Assembly: GCA_024679065.1 (NCBI GenBank)
Contig: JAGIQG010000001.1
Span: 99,076,001 to 99,140,000 of the forward strand
DNA: 64,000 nucleotides
Reading direction: 5' to 3'
From: Sphyrna mokarran
Taxonomy: Eukaryota
A model generated the notes under the pieces. The model searched no databases. It was not told the origin of the DNA and worked only from the letters and a program-made list of their open reading frames with translations. Numbering within the stretch: position 1 is the first letter of the stretch; each line of letters begins with the position of its first letter. This document shows positions 13,276 to 26,196 of the stretch, piece by piece. Both the position numbers and the translations under genes were made by a program.

Positions 13276-14415
13276 GAGATATAATAGGTAGTTAGTTTGA
13301 GGTGTGAATGAACTTCATGCCCAACAGATTTGAATATTCAAAAATCTGATTTTTGTGAAGAATTTCCATGACTGGGTTGTTGACTCTGTTCATTTTGGGC
13401 CAGGCTGTTTTAAGTGCTTTGTGTAATGGATACTTCACCTTGCAGGTACCTTTAATTCTCCTAACAGTTTATTTCCTTAAAAGATTGTGATAAAAGAAAA
13501 CGTAATGATTAGAAGTATTTAAAATGACAAACACCGTTTTTTTATTGCAGTAATATATAAAAAAGACCTTGTAATAGTTTGCTGAAGTGACTAAATTTAT
13601 TCATCATTACTGCTGTTTGCACAATAATCTCAACCATTTATAAATTAGAGAAGATTATATTATAAGCACTACACTGAGTCAATCTCGTCCTTCACTTTAA
13701 TTTAAATATGGCACTAATGACAATTGGTGCATTAGGAAAATGCTACATTACCATGAAACAGTGAACCATAATTACTATATATGCTCTAATCTGCATAAAT
13801 CACTAGGTAATGCACAGATGGAAAGCCATGTTTCAGATCATTCAATTGCCCAAGTGTTATTTGTACATCAAGAAAGAGTACAAATTATACGGAATTAGTT
13901 TATTTCTAACATTTTAAATTAAGAGAGGCAAGGAGAAAGTGTAGCAACTATCATCCAGGAAGACAATCAAATAAAAAGATAGCTTATGATATCCAGTATT
14001 CCACTGAGCATTCTTTTTCCTCACCGCATCCCATTCTTTCTCTGAAGTTAACAAGTAATAGCAAGGCTTTCCCATAGTGACAGCCTTTCACGACCCAACG
14101 TGCTTTCCATTTTGTTCACTGCTGCAAACTAAACTTGAAGCCATAACTTTCATCTCTGTGTTTACTTTAGCTAGATAAGACAAGAATTCTGCAACTCACA
14201 GCATAGCAGCAGTAATGTAAGCTCGTATTTTTCAGCAGCTGAAATGCAGAACCCGTGAACTACGTTTATCGAAGAAACAGGAGCAATTTCCAAAAGGTTT
14301 ATATGTGTTTAAAGACTTGTCAGCATATGCAGAGCAGATTTTGTCCATTCCCATTGTATATCTCAGTGGGTTAATACAATAAGTCTACGCTATATTTAGA
14401 TGTGCGTGTAAAAGC

Positions 14416-14833
14416 AAGAAAGATCTGCATTTATATGGCACTTTTCATAGCCTCTAAATGTCTTGAAGCACTTTAAAGCCAATAAAGTACTTTTGAATTG
14501 TAATCATTGTTGTAATGCGACAGGCAATTTACACAAAGCCATCTCCCACAAACAGCAACGTGAGAGTGACCAGAAAATCTGTTTGTTTTATGATGTTGAT
14601 TGAGGGATGAATATTGACAGGTGGGAAATTATTCCCTGCTCCTCTTAAAAATAGTGCCAAGCAGTTAGGTGGGTATTCAATTTAATGTTTCATCCAAAAG
14701 ATGACACCTCCAACAGTGCAGCACTCTCTAAATACTGCAAAGGAGTGCCAGCCTTAATTTTTGTACTCAAGTTCTGGAACGAAATTTTCACCTGAAATTT
14801 TGTGATAGAGTTCTACCAGCACAGTCACAGCTA
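14416..14833 (-). mobile_element. SacSINE1/DeuSINE-like SINE, near full length
   Basis: aagatctgcatttatatggcac tail, cccacaaacagcaa, aaatagtgcca, caacagtgcagcactc, tactgca. Confidence 0.85.
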
Positions 14834-15075
14834 AGACCACATGCAAACATCTTCTACAATCATCACAAGGGCTGTAGAGCTAGGGCACAGTTGAAAGCAT
14901 TGGCAATAAGGGCTAGTTTTCCAAAAGGCCATGAGATCTATGGTGCAAGCAGGATTTGAAAGCCATGGCCCCAAAGGTCAAGATGCCAACATCTCTGGGA
15001 CATGTTGCAGTTTTCAAATGCTGGCCAGAGACAAGGAACAGAAAATCTGCTTACAGAAATCAACTCCAAAAGGAT

Positions 15076-15405
15076 GGCACACTAACACAAATGGTTAGCA
15101 CTGCTGCTTCACAGCTCCAGGGATCTAGATTCGATTCCTGGCTTGGGTCACTGCCTGTGTGGAGTTTACACATTCTCCTCGTGTTTCCGTGAGTTTCCTC
15201 CGGGTGCTCTGGTTTCCTCCCACAGTCCACCAAACATGTGTGGTTTAGGTTGATTGGAGGTGCTAAAATTGCCCTTTAGTGTCCTGAGATGCGTAGGTTA
15301 GAGGGATTAGTGGGTAAAACATGTAGGGATATGGGCATAGGGCCTGGGTGGGATTGTGATTGGTGCGGACTTGATGGGCTGAATGATCTCTGGCCTGTAT
15401 AAACT
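15076..15405 (+). mobile_element. HE1 SINE, tail type A
   Basis: tggttagcactgctgcttcacagc, ttcgattcc, ggtgctctggtttcctcccacagtcc, gatgggctgaatg. Confidence 0.88.
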
Positions 15406-15690
15406 CTTTTGGGGAAGAGCATAACTAGAGGCCATGGGTTTAGGATAGTCACCAAAAAAAATCCAATAGGGAATTGAGAAGTAGCTTCTTTAACAAAGTG
15501 TGTCGAGAATGCGAATCTTGTTACTAGAGGCATGTTTATATTTTAGGAGATAATTAACAAGCAAAATGGGGGTGAAGGGAATAGATGTTTATGATGGTGA
15601 ATTTAGATGAGGAAAAATGGGAGAAGGTTTGACTGAAGCATAAATACTGGCATGAACTGGTTGGGCTGAACTGCTTGTTTCTGTTCCCAA
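15406..15690 (+). mobile_element. Old CR1 LINE 3' fragment
   Basis: actagaggccatgggtttagg (TRGH motif) through gttgggctgaactgcttgtttctg tail. Confidence 0.65.
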
Positions 15691-16539
15691 ATATAGCATT
15701 CCATATAAAAAGCCCACTGCTTTCACTGCAACACTTTCTTCAGGTGAACGTACTCATTTCATTTCAAACCCTTGCATAAACCTACCCAGGAGCCTGCAGT
15801 AAAACAACACTTATAGACACAAATCTCAGAACGACCTGCAGTGAGGCCTAAAGTCACTCTGATGTGCAGCTTAACATAAACTCAAGGAAGTGGAAGAGAA
15901 ATAAATCTTCAACATGAAACAGCAAAGACATGGTGATTTTCTTGATCACCTCACCCCTTTGGCAACATTAATGTGAAAACAATAAGGAATATCAGCTTCA
16001 AAATTTAATTCTTTTCTGATAGTCTGGCGTTTGTGATTTAGTTCTGCACTGCAGCTTTCACTACAGCTGTGACTTTTATTCAATACCTTCATTTCTAAGC
16101 ACAGGCTGCTCCAAACTCCTCTTTCCCTGTCCAGCTTGAGTAACCATAACTCAGGAAAATAGCTGACAGCATTGTGTGATGACTTGTTTCAAATGTGAAG
16201 TCAAATCAATACCCACTCTGTTTACTTCTAATGACTTTAGTCGAGGGATTTCGTCCCAATTCAGTCCCTCTTAAATCAATAAATTATTCAGAACCATCTG
16301 ACCAAAGATGACTGAGTGAGCAACCATGGCTATGGAACCCAAGTCCAGTTAAATTTATTGCATGATCACTGAGGTGTGATCGCTAAATCTCAGAAAGGTA
16401 TAACACAAAGAATAGTTTCCCACTGCACTGCATCCAAGCTCTATAATCAGCCCCCATGTCCCAACTGATTTGTGGTTCTCAATATTTCACAGGCATAATA
16501 AATATAAAAAAGAAGGATAGGGGGGTGAGGTTGCACTAC

Positions 16540-17705
16540 CATTCAATAAGATCATAGTCTCAAACTTTTCTTTTCTGTCTATTCCCCATAAACATTGCCT
16601 TCTTTATTGCACAACAGTCTATTAGTCTGAATTCAATGACTCAGTCTCTACAGCTTCCAACAATTTACACTACTCAGAAAAGAAATTCCTCCTCTTCTCT
16701 GTCTTTCACAGATTGTTCTTCATTGTGAAACTATGCCTCCTTGTTTATATTCCTCCTCAAGAGAAAACATAACTTTATCATTTTATCCTGTAAAAGCTCC
16801 CTTGGAATTTTATATTAGAATAAGAATATCTTTTTTTTTTCTAAACTTCAATGTGTATATGCCAAATCTTTCCTCATACAACTCGTTCATCCCTGAAATG
16901 AAACTACTAGACCTCAAAAATATGCATGTCTCTTCTTAAATAAGGAGGCGCAAACTGCGCACAGCCCTTAAACATGGTTTCATCAGTGCTCTGTAAAGTT
17001 GCAGCAAGACTTCCACAATTTTATATTCCTGCTCTTTGCAATAAAGACCAACATTCTATTTGCCTTCCAAATTACTAATTGTATTTGCATGCTAACATTT
17101 TCATTTAATACTTGAGGACTCTCAAATCCTTTTGCAGTCTCTCTCTATTTAAATAATATTTTGCTATTCTTCCTACTAAAATGGATACCCTTACATTTTC
17201 CCACATTTTTCTTCATGTTAGATTTTTCGTCATGCAATTAACTAACTATATTCCTTTTCGGAATCTTTTGTGTCCTCCTCAGTACTTGCTTTCCCACTTG
17301 TCTTTCTATTGTCAGCAAGCATGACTACAGTATACTTGGCCCCTTCAGGTAAGTTGTTAATATAGATAGTTGAAGACCCAGCATTAAACCCAAGCAACTC
17401 AATTCTTACAATTTGCCAAATGACTTATCTTGACTGTTTTGTATGTTAATCAATCTCTATCTATTCCAACCTGTGTGACAGACAGTTGATATTCCCAACA
17501 TTCTGAGCTTCTATCTCAAGCCTTTGATATGACATAATATTGAATACCTTTTGGAGATCCAAATACACTATGCCTGCTGATTCCACTTTACCTATTCTGT
17601 ACATTGCAATCTCAAAGAAACCGAATATATTTGTCAAACATGACCATCCTTTCATAAAACCATGTTGACTCTGCTTGATTGTATTACGATTTTCAAAATG
17701 TCCGG
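16540..17705 (-). mobile_element. Decayed CR1 LINE, RT domain to 3' end
   Basis: ORF 17461-17733 has IKQSQHGFMKGWSCLTNI and IVYLDLQKVF (CR1 RT motifs); the rest is eroded RT C-terminus. Confidence 0.85.
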
Positions 17706-18299
17706 AATGCATACAGTGAATATCTTCATGCATCTCAGTTGTACTTAAGCACCTCAGAGTACAACTTGTTCTGTGTAGACAACCTCTAAAATAACTTTGT
17801 AACAGTTGTAAAACTATTGTAAAACGTCTGAAACATTTCCTTTACTCTATTGACACATCTCAGAGTGTTACTTGACGAAAAACCTGAATATTATCGCTTT
17901 TTGTGTAATTTTAGTATTTTTGTTATGTTCTTGCAGATTTCTTATCAGTAAAGTATATTTTTGGGGAATAAAGACTAAATCGAATATTGGACAAGACAAG
18001 TGCAGCACTTGATTGTGGTCAGGGAAAACAGGAGCAGAATGTCGATCCCATTATCACTGCCACTCTTCAAAGACTCTGGCCCAATAAGTCGCATAGTAAC
18101 TGAACTGGAGAAGTCTTTTCCTGCACAACAATGAATAAACAAAGTGAAGTAAAACTAACTCCAATAAAAGATATCATCTCTCTCCTTATAATGGAGCATT
18201 AAAAGTATTTAAAAGTAAACTAAATGCATTGGCTTACAGCAAAATACTCATCTTTTTCTTTTCTATTTTACTTCCTTTCTCTGAAAGTGTGACCTCTGC

Positions 18300-18587
18300 T
18301 TTTAAAGTTTATTTATTATTAGTGACAGGTAGGCTTACATCAACATTGCAATGTATTTACTGTGAAAATCCCTTAGTTGCCTGTTTGGATACACTGAGGA
18401 AGAATTTAGCATGGCCAAAGCACCTAGCCAGCACATCTTTTGGACTGTGGGAAGAAACCAGAGCATGCTGAGGAAATCCACACAGAGATGGGGAGAATAT
18501 GCAGATTCCGCACAGACAATGACCTAAGCTGGGAATCAAACCCTGGTCTCTAGAACTGTGAGGCAGCAGTACTAGACAGAGTGTCAC
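18300..18587 (-). mobile_element. HE1/V-SINE-type SINE, tail type B
   Basis: tttatttattattagtgacaggtaggcttacat...actgtgaaaatcccttag; reverse head tgtgaggcagcagtacta. Confidence 0.85.
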
Positions 18588-18599
18588 TGGAATGATGAC

Positions 18600-18860
18600 A
18601 TCTCATCATCCCTTGTACATGGATATAACACAGCAACGTTTTGAAGAGTAGTGAAGGTCATCCCAGTGTATTTCCATTTATGTTTACAATAGCTGTTTTG
18701 TCTCAACTAACATCACTAAAACAGATAATCTGATCGTTATCACATCACAACTTGTTGGATCTTGCTTTGCGCAAATTGACTGTCACATTTCCTACATTAT
18801 AACAGTCACTAAGTGACCACACTTCAAAATCTCATTGGCTATAAAGTAGTTTTGGATCTG
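18600..18860 (+). mobile_element. SacSINE1/DeuSINE-like fragment
   Basis: aaacagataatctgatcgttatcacat, cctacattataacagtcact, cacttcaaaa. Confidence 0.65.
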
Positions 18861-19897
18861 AAAGTTAGCTTCTCAGGAAGTTAGTTTCTTTTCCAATTTC
18901 ATAATCATTAGTATTCCTCAAATACCCTACTAAGTGAGTGCACTTTTCAGATATAAATAGGGCTACGACACTATTGTCCATCTTCTCCAGCCCTTAGTCC
19001 TATCTTGTGAAGGTACGCTTGCACAGTCCAGCCTTGCTGTATTTGTCTTCATGTTTTATGCAGCTTGCTAATGTAAGAATGGCATTGCATTCAACATCCT
19101 TGGAATAAGCGGTGAACTAACACAGCTGAAGTTTTCATTCAAAATATGTTAACAAAAGGCTGACCATCATAAAGATCTCCCATTGAAAAGACAAAATTAG
19201 CATAAACCACAGAATAAACAGATAAATTAAAGCTTATTCTGTGTGACAGACAGTTGATATTCCAGCTGCCACATTGTTACTTGTTGTGGCCAGCAGCAGC
19301 AGACAGATAAATGAGGAGCTTTATTAAGACTGTTGACAGAAGAATGGCTCTGTACAAATGCAACCTACACTGCAGGCAACTTCCCGCAACACTCTTATCA
19401 ACATCTCCCTCTGACCTCTGAACGCCGTGTCATCTTCTCAAAGCAGAATAATGGAAGTGAGCTCCAAATGACTGGGCTACAAGCACGTGTTGAAATTTAA
19501 AGGAATCAGAGATACTATTGCATACGGGTCATGCTGACAGGAAATCATAATCTGCTGTGTGGTGTCAGTGTTGACATTCTTTGAGGTGAAGGAGAGAAAT
19601 CTAACTGCCTGTTTGACATGCAAATTGGGTCTCAAAATCATAAAATTGGACAATGTTTGTGTTTATAAAAATTATTTCCCATCTTACATCTATCCCTAAG
19701 ATAAGGTCATGGTTGTGTGTTGACTCTGGGACAAATGCATTTTACCAGGAATTTGTTGCCAAATTGAGCAAAAATATTTTTTGTAAGTAATCTTCAAATG
19801 TGTTTTCTTTCTTTTCCAAGTTTAAAAACAGAATATTTCTTGTCAACTATGATAGCAGCATTGGCTAGTTGCAACAGTTAGGTACAGTAATACATTT

Positions 19898-20215
19898 ATC
19901 ATAAAATCCCTACAATGCAGAAGGAAATCGTTCAGCCCATTGAGTCTGCACCTACCCCAAACCCTCCCAGGTCCCATTCCCATAACCCCACATATTTATC
20001 CTGCTAAATCAACTGACACTCGTGAAAATTTAACATGGCCAATCAACCAAAACCATGTTTGAACAATGAGAGGAAACATGGGCACCTAGAGGAAATCACA
20101 TAGGCACAGAGAGAATGTGCAAACTCCACACAGACAGTGATCTGAGGCTAGAACAGAACCCGTGTCCCTGGAACTGTGAGACAGCAGTACTAATCACTGT
20201 GCCATCTTGCCGCCC
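19898..20215 (-). mobile_element. HE1 SINE, tail type A
   Basis: atcataaaatccctacaatgcagaagg tail; gagaatgtgcaaactccacacagacagtga; ctgtgagacagcagtactaatcactgtgcca. Confidence 0.88.
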
Positions 20216-20260
20216 AACTGTCCTATTTATTCTTAAAGGCAATATCAGAGTATGATATCA

Positions 20261-20815
20261 AGCAGGATCTTGGACAGAGAAAACCCCAAGTCAACTTTTT
20301 TTTTGGGAAGGCCTGCTGCTTGGGCACTTAGCAGAGCCTGACTTTCCAAAGTCTCCTTTGCCAATGTTTTTCTGAGCTCAGCAGCACCACCAGGAAAGCA
20401 GTGACTGCTGCCAGTACCACATCATTCCAAGGCGTCATTGAGAAGGGATCCAAGCACAGATCAGTGATGAGAGAGAAAGGTGATCACAAGAAGGGCGGGG
20501 GGGAGGAGTTCACTAGCAAGGACAGGAACTGACTCTTCACAGCCTCCTGCCCCTTCCTGATATTGGGTCTCTCCATCAGGCACTAAGTGCCTTTGAACAA
20601 GGGATTCCCTCACCAAGATTGGCTCATCATGGTTAGCTCACCACCTACATGAATACTAATGGTGGCAGATGAGGCCCTTAAGTGTAAAAGTGTCAATTAA
20701 TAGCCTTCACGCTAAGACTTAATCAGGGTGTCTTGAACCCCATCAGCCAGCCACATACCTGATTACATTCCTCATGCCAGCAAGCCTCCTGTAAGGGAGC
20801 GCACTAGATTCACCC
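20261..20815. mobile_element. Degenerate GC-rich MITE-like relic
   Basis: GC-rich block with gaggcccttaagtg...caatt, reminiscent of the reverse of 403-852 (aattggccacttaagg); ends eroded. Confidence 0.35.
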
Positions 20816-22169
20816 ATCTTGGGGATCAACAGAATCCCCAGCATTCTACCCAAGTGGACTTTTATGTGTTAACAAAACCCCTGGATTTTAGCACACTATT
20901 TGACCATTGCTGCATCACTACCATGTCAGATCTGGCCACATAGATGGAGTCTTCCGGAAGATTTTCCAACAGTCTGTTCACTAATAGCTAATTCCTAAAG
21001 AAACATAATCAACTAAGATATTGAGCCATTGTTTAAATTTATGTTAACTGAAGTGCCAAACCAAACAGCCATTAATAATGCTGTAAAATATTTCACATTA
21101 GTTTTCAGAGAACAGGAAATCAGTGACCACATTCCGCCAGCATTTGCACCTTTATGGTAGAATGATTTTCATTCAATATGTGTGCTACACCAAGATGGGA
21201 GTGGGGACAGAGGGAATGTTACAGACCAGAAAGCCACCCGGTAAAGGGTATAACTGATGCCACTCTTTATACACTTTTCTAAGTATTTATTTACCTATTT
21301 AGAAGCAAACACCTCCCAATGCAAAAACTACTATTTAAGTCAGTCTATTTATGCCTCTTTCGCAAATCAAATCAATATGAGAAAACATCTGTCCCAATTA
21401 ATTCATGTCAGTTAATTTTTGAATTAATTTAGTCATAACACTACTTTGCAATGTTTTACAGAACGTATAGCTAAAGTCAATGGGAATCGGGGAAAATATC
21501 TTCACTGGTAGCAGCTACACCTAGCACAAAGGAAGACTGTGGTAGTTGTTGGAGCTCCATTATTTCAGTCCCAAGATATTGTTGCAGGAGTTCTTCAGTT
21601 TAGTATCCTAGGCTCATCTTCAGCTGCATCATCATTGACTTTTCCTCCATCATAAGATCAGAAGAGGGGATGTGACTGTGCAATATTCAGCACTGTTCAC
21701 AATGCCTCACATATTGAAGAAGTCTGTGATATGCAACCAGACTTGAACAATATGCAGTTGATAGGTGCCAAGTAACAATTGTACTGTACAAATACCAGGG
21801 AATAAGCATCTCCAAAAAGGAGAGAATCTGACCATCTTTCCATGATATTCAATTAGATTACCATTGTGGAATCCCCTACATTAACACCATGTTGGTTACT
21901 ATTGATCAGAAATTGAAGTGGACTCGCCATACAAACACTGTAGCTACAACAGCAGGAAGAAGGCTGAAATTCTGTAGGAAATAACTCACCTCTTAACTCC
22001 CAAACTTGTCCACCAGCTGCAAGGCACAAATGTGATGAAATATTTCAGCATAGGTACAACTCCAACAACATTCAATAAGCTCGACACCACCACCACAGAG
22101 TAGCCCACTTGACTGGAACCCCATTCACCAGCTTAAACATATAATTATTCCTGTTCTGACACAAATGAT

Positions 22170-22219
22170 GCAATTTTATGACTTCGCCTGATTCTGGGGC
22201 GAGGTGATAAAATTCCAGC
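22170..22219. mobile_element. Minimal (~50-bp) MITE derivative
   Basis: gcaattttatgac...gataaaattccagc; ends resemble those of 3971-4096. Confidence 0.5.
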
Positions 22220-22249
22220 AACGGTAGCAGAAGTGTTTACCATCTACAA

Positions 22250-22712
22250 CAGTGGTGGGCAACATGTGGCCCATTTGAATTCTGAGTGTGGCCCACAAGT
22301 TATTTTGCTGACCATTGTCCATGTTCAGAATTGCCACATTCTGCTGATATCTGTCCACATAAGTTTTTTTCCTACTAGTATGACCGAAGTGATACACACG
22401 TAAAGGGCAAGTGAAGTGAGGTGCATGTTGATTGCTTACAATGTTGACTGTAAGAGCGGGAATATCCTCAGTATCCAAGTTTAAATTTTTATTTTGTTTT
22501 TATCATTTAAAGTTGACGATAGTTCTATTAATCTAGAAATGATTAAGCAGATTCTATAACTCATAATGAAATATTCGGCACATATTAAATGCATTCAATC
22601 TTATTAATGGGGTCATGATTAGTGAACAAGCCTGATTTCAATCTTACTGCCCAATGAGATGAAGAAGGGCCACTCATGCGGCCCACTCATTAGTCGAGGA
22701 TGTCCATCACTG
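22250..22712. mobile_element. Non-autonomous hAT (Charlie-like) DNA transposon
   Basis: TIRs cagtggtgggcaac / gatgtccatcactg, subterminal tg(t/c)ggccc repeats at both ends, 8-bp TSD atctacaa / aggtacaa (6/8). Confidence 0.8.
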
Positions 22713-22970
22713 AGGTACAAGGTGCACTGGTAACTCACTAAGACTCCTTCAACAGCACCTTCCAAACCCACATCCTCTCCCATTTAGAGCACAAAGACAG
22801 GAGATCCAAGTATATAACTTGGATTTGCACCAAATGAAATACCATCCTGATGTGGAACTGCATTGCTATTCCTTCCCTGTTGCTCCGTCAAAATCCTGGA
22901 ATTCTCGCCTGCTAACAGCATTGTTGAGAGTGCTTACACCACATGGACTGGAAGGCAACTCACCACCACC

Positions 22971-23283
22971 TAGAATTCCTACAGTGCAGGAGGCCATTTG
23001 GCTCATCAAGTCTGCACCGACTTTTAACCTGGTTTACCCGATAACCCCGTGCATTTACCCCAATAATCCCTGAAACCAATATATCTTGCGACACCAAGAG
23101 GCCACTAGCATGGCCAATAAACCTAACCTGCATATTTTTGAACTATGGGAGGAAACCGAAGCATCTGGAAGAAACCCATGCAGACATGGGGAGAACATGC
23201 AAACTCTACACATACAGTCACCCAAGACCAGAATTGAACCTGGGTCCTTGGTGCTGTGAGACAGCAGTGCTAACCACTGTGAT
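22971..23283 (-). mobile_element. HE1 SINE, tail type A
   Basis: tagaattcctacagtgcaggaggcc tail; gggagaacatgcaaactctacac; gtgagacagcagtgctaaccactgtg. Confidence 0.88.
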
Positions 23284-23864
23284 ACTGTTTTGCATCGTGT
23301 GTTACAATTATAAACTGAAATCAACAACTGGTGGGCAGGACTGGAAAATCCTGCCCTATGATTCTAGGAAGTTTTCAATCAAAGCTATCATGAAATTTTC
23401 ATACAAAATGGCTAAAGTTCAACAGAAAATCACTGGGATTTCAACTGAGATTAAGACATTACTTTGCAACAGTATTCTGACTGGACTTGACTCTCTATCT
23501 CTCCCTCGATTAGCAGATTTGTAGGACTTGTTCTATCAAGTTTCACTGCAAATACCAGGGTAGCAGTATAAATGACAAGTGCTGCTCAACAAGTACTTCA
23601 GAGCTAATCCTCAAGAAACACAGCCTAGTGTGTGCAAAGCAAACACAACCGCAAACCACCACCCTTCACTTCAGGAAGATTATTATTAAAACAAATTTTT
23701 TGTCTTAAGCCTCCAAATCTGACATCTAATTTGAGTCGAGTTATCCTAGACTTACAGCTAGAAAATCCTGATGGATAAACAGGCATGATGCTATATAGAG
23801 AGAAAGATCAATACTTTTCTAAAGTTAGTCAAAATGCTGAGTTCCTGAAATGAAGACATTTTCC

Positions 23865-25025
23865 CCAATTGCTCTGTTGCAGTACTGGACAATGAAGGGT
23901 ATTCTGTCCACCGTGTCCCCTGTTTGTCTTCTGAGGAGGTTGGTGTGGTTTTTTTACTGTGGCATGTCGGAACTGTTGATCGATGAGTTGAACGCCATAT
24001 CCTTTTCTTATGAGGGCGCCTTTCAGTATCTGAAGCTATCATGATCCTCCTTGTCGGAGCAGATCCTGTGTATACAGAGGGCTTGTCTGTAGGGGATGGC
24101 TTCTTTAACATGTTTAGAGTGGAAGCTGGAGAAGTGGAGCATTGTGAGGTTGTCTGTGGGCTTGCGATACAGTGAGGTGCTGAGGTGACCGTCCTTGATG
24201 GAGATATGTGTGTCCAAGAATGTTACCAATCCCAGAGAATAGTCCATGGTGAGTCTGATGGGGGATGGAACTTGTTGATGTCATCATATAGTTGTTTCAG
24301 TGCTTGTTCCCCATGAGTCCAAAGGAAAAAATGTCATCGATGTATCTAGTGGATAGCATCAGTTGAAGGTCCTGTGTGGTGAAGAAGCCTTGTTCAAGTC
24401 TATGCATGAAGATGTTAGCATATTGAGATGCGAATTTGGGCCCCATGTTCCATGTGTCTGGATGAAAAACTGGTTGTTGAAGGTGAAGACATTGTGGTCC
24501 AGTATGAAGCAGATGAGTTGTAAAATTGCATTTGGAAACTGGCAGTTGAGTACTGAGGCAGTTGCAGCAATGCCATCGTCATGGGGAATGTTGGTGTAGA
24601 AGGCTGAAACATCCATTGTGATGAGGAGCATCCCTAGTTCAATTGCTCCATGTATGCTGAGTTTCTATAGGAAATCCATAGTGTTGTGACAAAAGCTGGG
24701 GGTTCTTTGTACAATAGGTTTCAGGATGCCCTTGAAGTAGCTGGAAAGGTTCTTGCACAGGGTCCCATTGTCCGATATGATGGGGCAGCTGGGTGTGTTT
24801 GCCTTGTGTATCTTTGGGAGGCAGTAGAGATCTCCAATGCGGGGAGTATATGGGATGAGAGCACGGAGTGTGCTCTGAAGGTCTGGATCAAAGGTCTTGA
24901 TCAAAGTGTTGAGTGAATGGGTATGTTCTTTGGTCAGATCTGTGGGTAACTGTCTGTAGTGTTCCTCATTGTTTAGTTGTCAGTACACTTCTTTGCAGTA
25001 ATCTGTTCTATTCAGGATTATCAAG
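23865..25025 (-). mobile_element. Penelope-like element reverse-transcriptase relic (frameshifted, truncated before the GIY-YIG domain)
   Basis: Successive minus-strand frames give LYCLPKIHKANTP..PIIS, TMDVSAFYTNIPHDDG, ILDHNVFTFNNQFFIQTHG, RYIDDIF (~24330-24350) and FLDTHISIKDGHLSTSLYRKPTD..LHFSSFH, which are PLE RT signatures. Confidence 0.92.
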
Positions 25026-25160
25026 GAACTCCACCAGATGTTCTCACATCTGCTGCTGATTATCTGAAGATTATTCCCTATAAGCTGACTCCCAGGGATC
25101 CACTAGAGCATTATTGTAACTTCTCTCCTTCCTCCCAGGAGAACTATGCATAGATATCTG

Positions 25161-26196
25161 TGGATGGAGGCCTGTGACAAGTGGTATGCCACAAGGATCA
25201 GTGTTGGGTCCATTGTTGTTTGTCATCTATGTCAATGGATATAGTTTTGGATGATAATGTGGTAAATTGGATCAGCAAATTTGCTGATGATACAAAGATT
25301 GGAGGTGTAGTGCACAGTGAGAAAGGTTTTCGAAGCTTGCAGAGGGATTTGGACCAACTAGAAAAATGGGCTGAAAAATGGCAAATGGAATTTAATACAA
25401 ACAAGTTTTGGAAGGACAAACCAAAGTAGAACATACAGAATAAATGATAGGACTCTGAAGAGTGCAGTTGAACAGAGGGATCTGGGAATACAGGTACAGA
25501 ATTCCCTAAAAGTGACATCGCAGGTGGATAGGGTCGTAAAGAATGTTTTTGGTACAATGATCTTTATAAATTGTAGTATCGAGTATAAAAGTTGGAGTGT
25601 TATGGTAACGTTGCATAAGGCATTGGTGAGGCCGAATTTAGAGTATTGCGTACAGTTTTGGTCACCTCGTTACAGGAAGAATGTAAATAAGGGTGAAAGA
25701 GTGCAGAAAAGGTTCACAAGGATGTTGCTGGAACTTGAGAAGCTGAGTTATAGAGCGAGATTGAATAGGTTAGGACTTTATTTCCTGGAGCACAGAAGAA
25801 TGAAGGGAGATTTGATCGAGGTGTACAAGATTTTGATGGGTATAGATAGAGTGAATGCAAGGAAGCTATCTCCACTGAGGCTAGAGGAGGAAAAAACCAG
25901 AGGGCATGGGTTAAGAATGAAAGGAAATAAGTTTAATGGGAATTTTGGGGGCGGTGGGGGGGAGGAATTCTTCATGCAGAGAGTGGTGGGAGTGTGGAAT
26001 GAGCTGCTGGGTAAAGTGGTAAATGTGGGGTCACTTTTAACATTTAAGAAAAACTTGGACGGGTTCATGATGAGAGGGATGTGGAGGGATGTGGTCTAAG
26101 TGCGGATCAGTGGGACTAGGCAAAAAATGGTTTGGCACAGAAAAGAAAGGCCAAAGGGCCAATTTCTGAGCTGTAATTTTCTATGGTTCTATATCT
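25161..26196 (+). mobile_element. CR1/HER1 LINE, 5'-truncated (RT C-terminal half plus 3' tail)
   Basis: PQGSVLGP (ccacaaggatcagtgttgggtcca), KFADDTKIGGVV, LVRPNLEYCVQFWSP, RRMKGDLIEVYKI, TRGHG; tail ttctatggttctat. Confidence 0.95.

Larger units (their letters stand above)
21495..22970 (+). mobile_element. Decayed LINE of a second CR1-group family (RT core to 3' UTR), interrupted by two DNA elements
   Basis: cctagcacaaaggaag...gcaggagttcttcagtttagtatcctaggc is an eroded AGVPQGSVLG; resumes after 22712 (caccttccaaaccc, tcaaaatcctggaattc); same family as 48120-48460. Confidence 0.8.

Noticed and set aside
15076-15145. tRNA-like A/B boxes here and in similar heads as tRNA genes
   Set aside because: They are SINE heads followed by SINE cores and do not form cloverleaves.
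25512-26099. 195-aa ORF as a host gene
   Set aside because: It is the C-terminus of CR1 ORF2 in a 5'-truncated, frameshifted copy.
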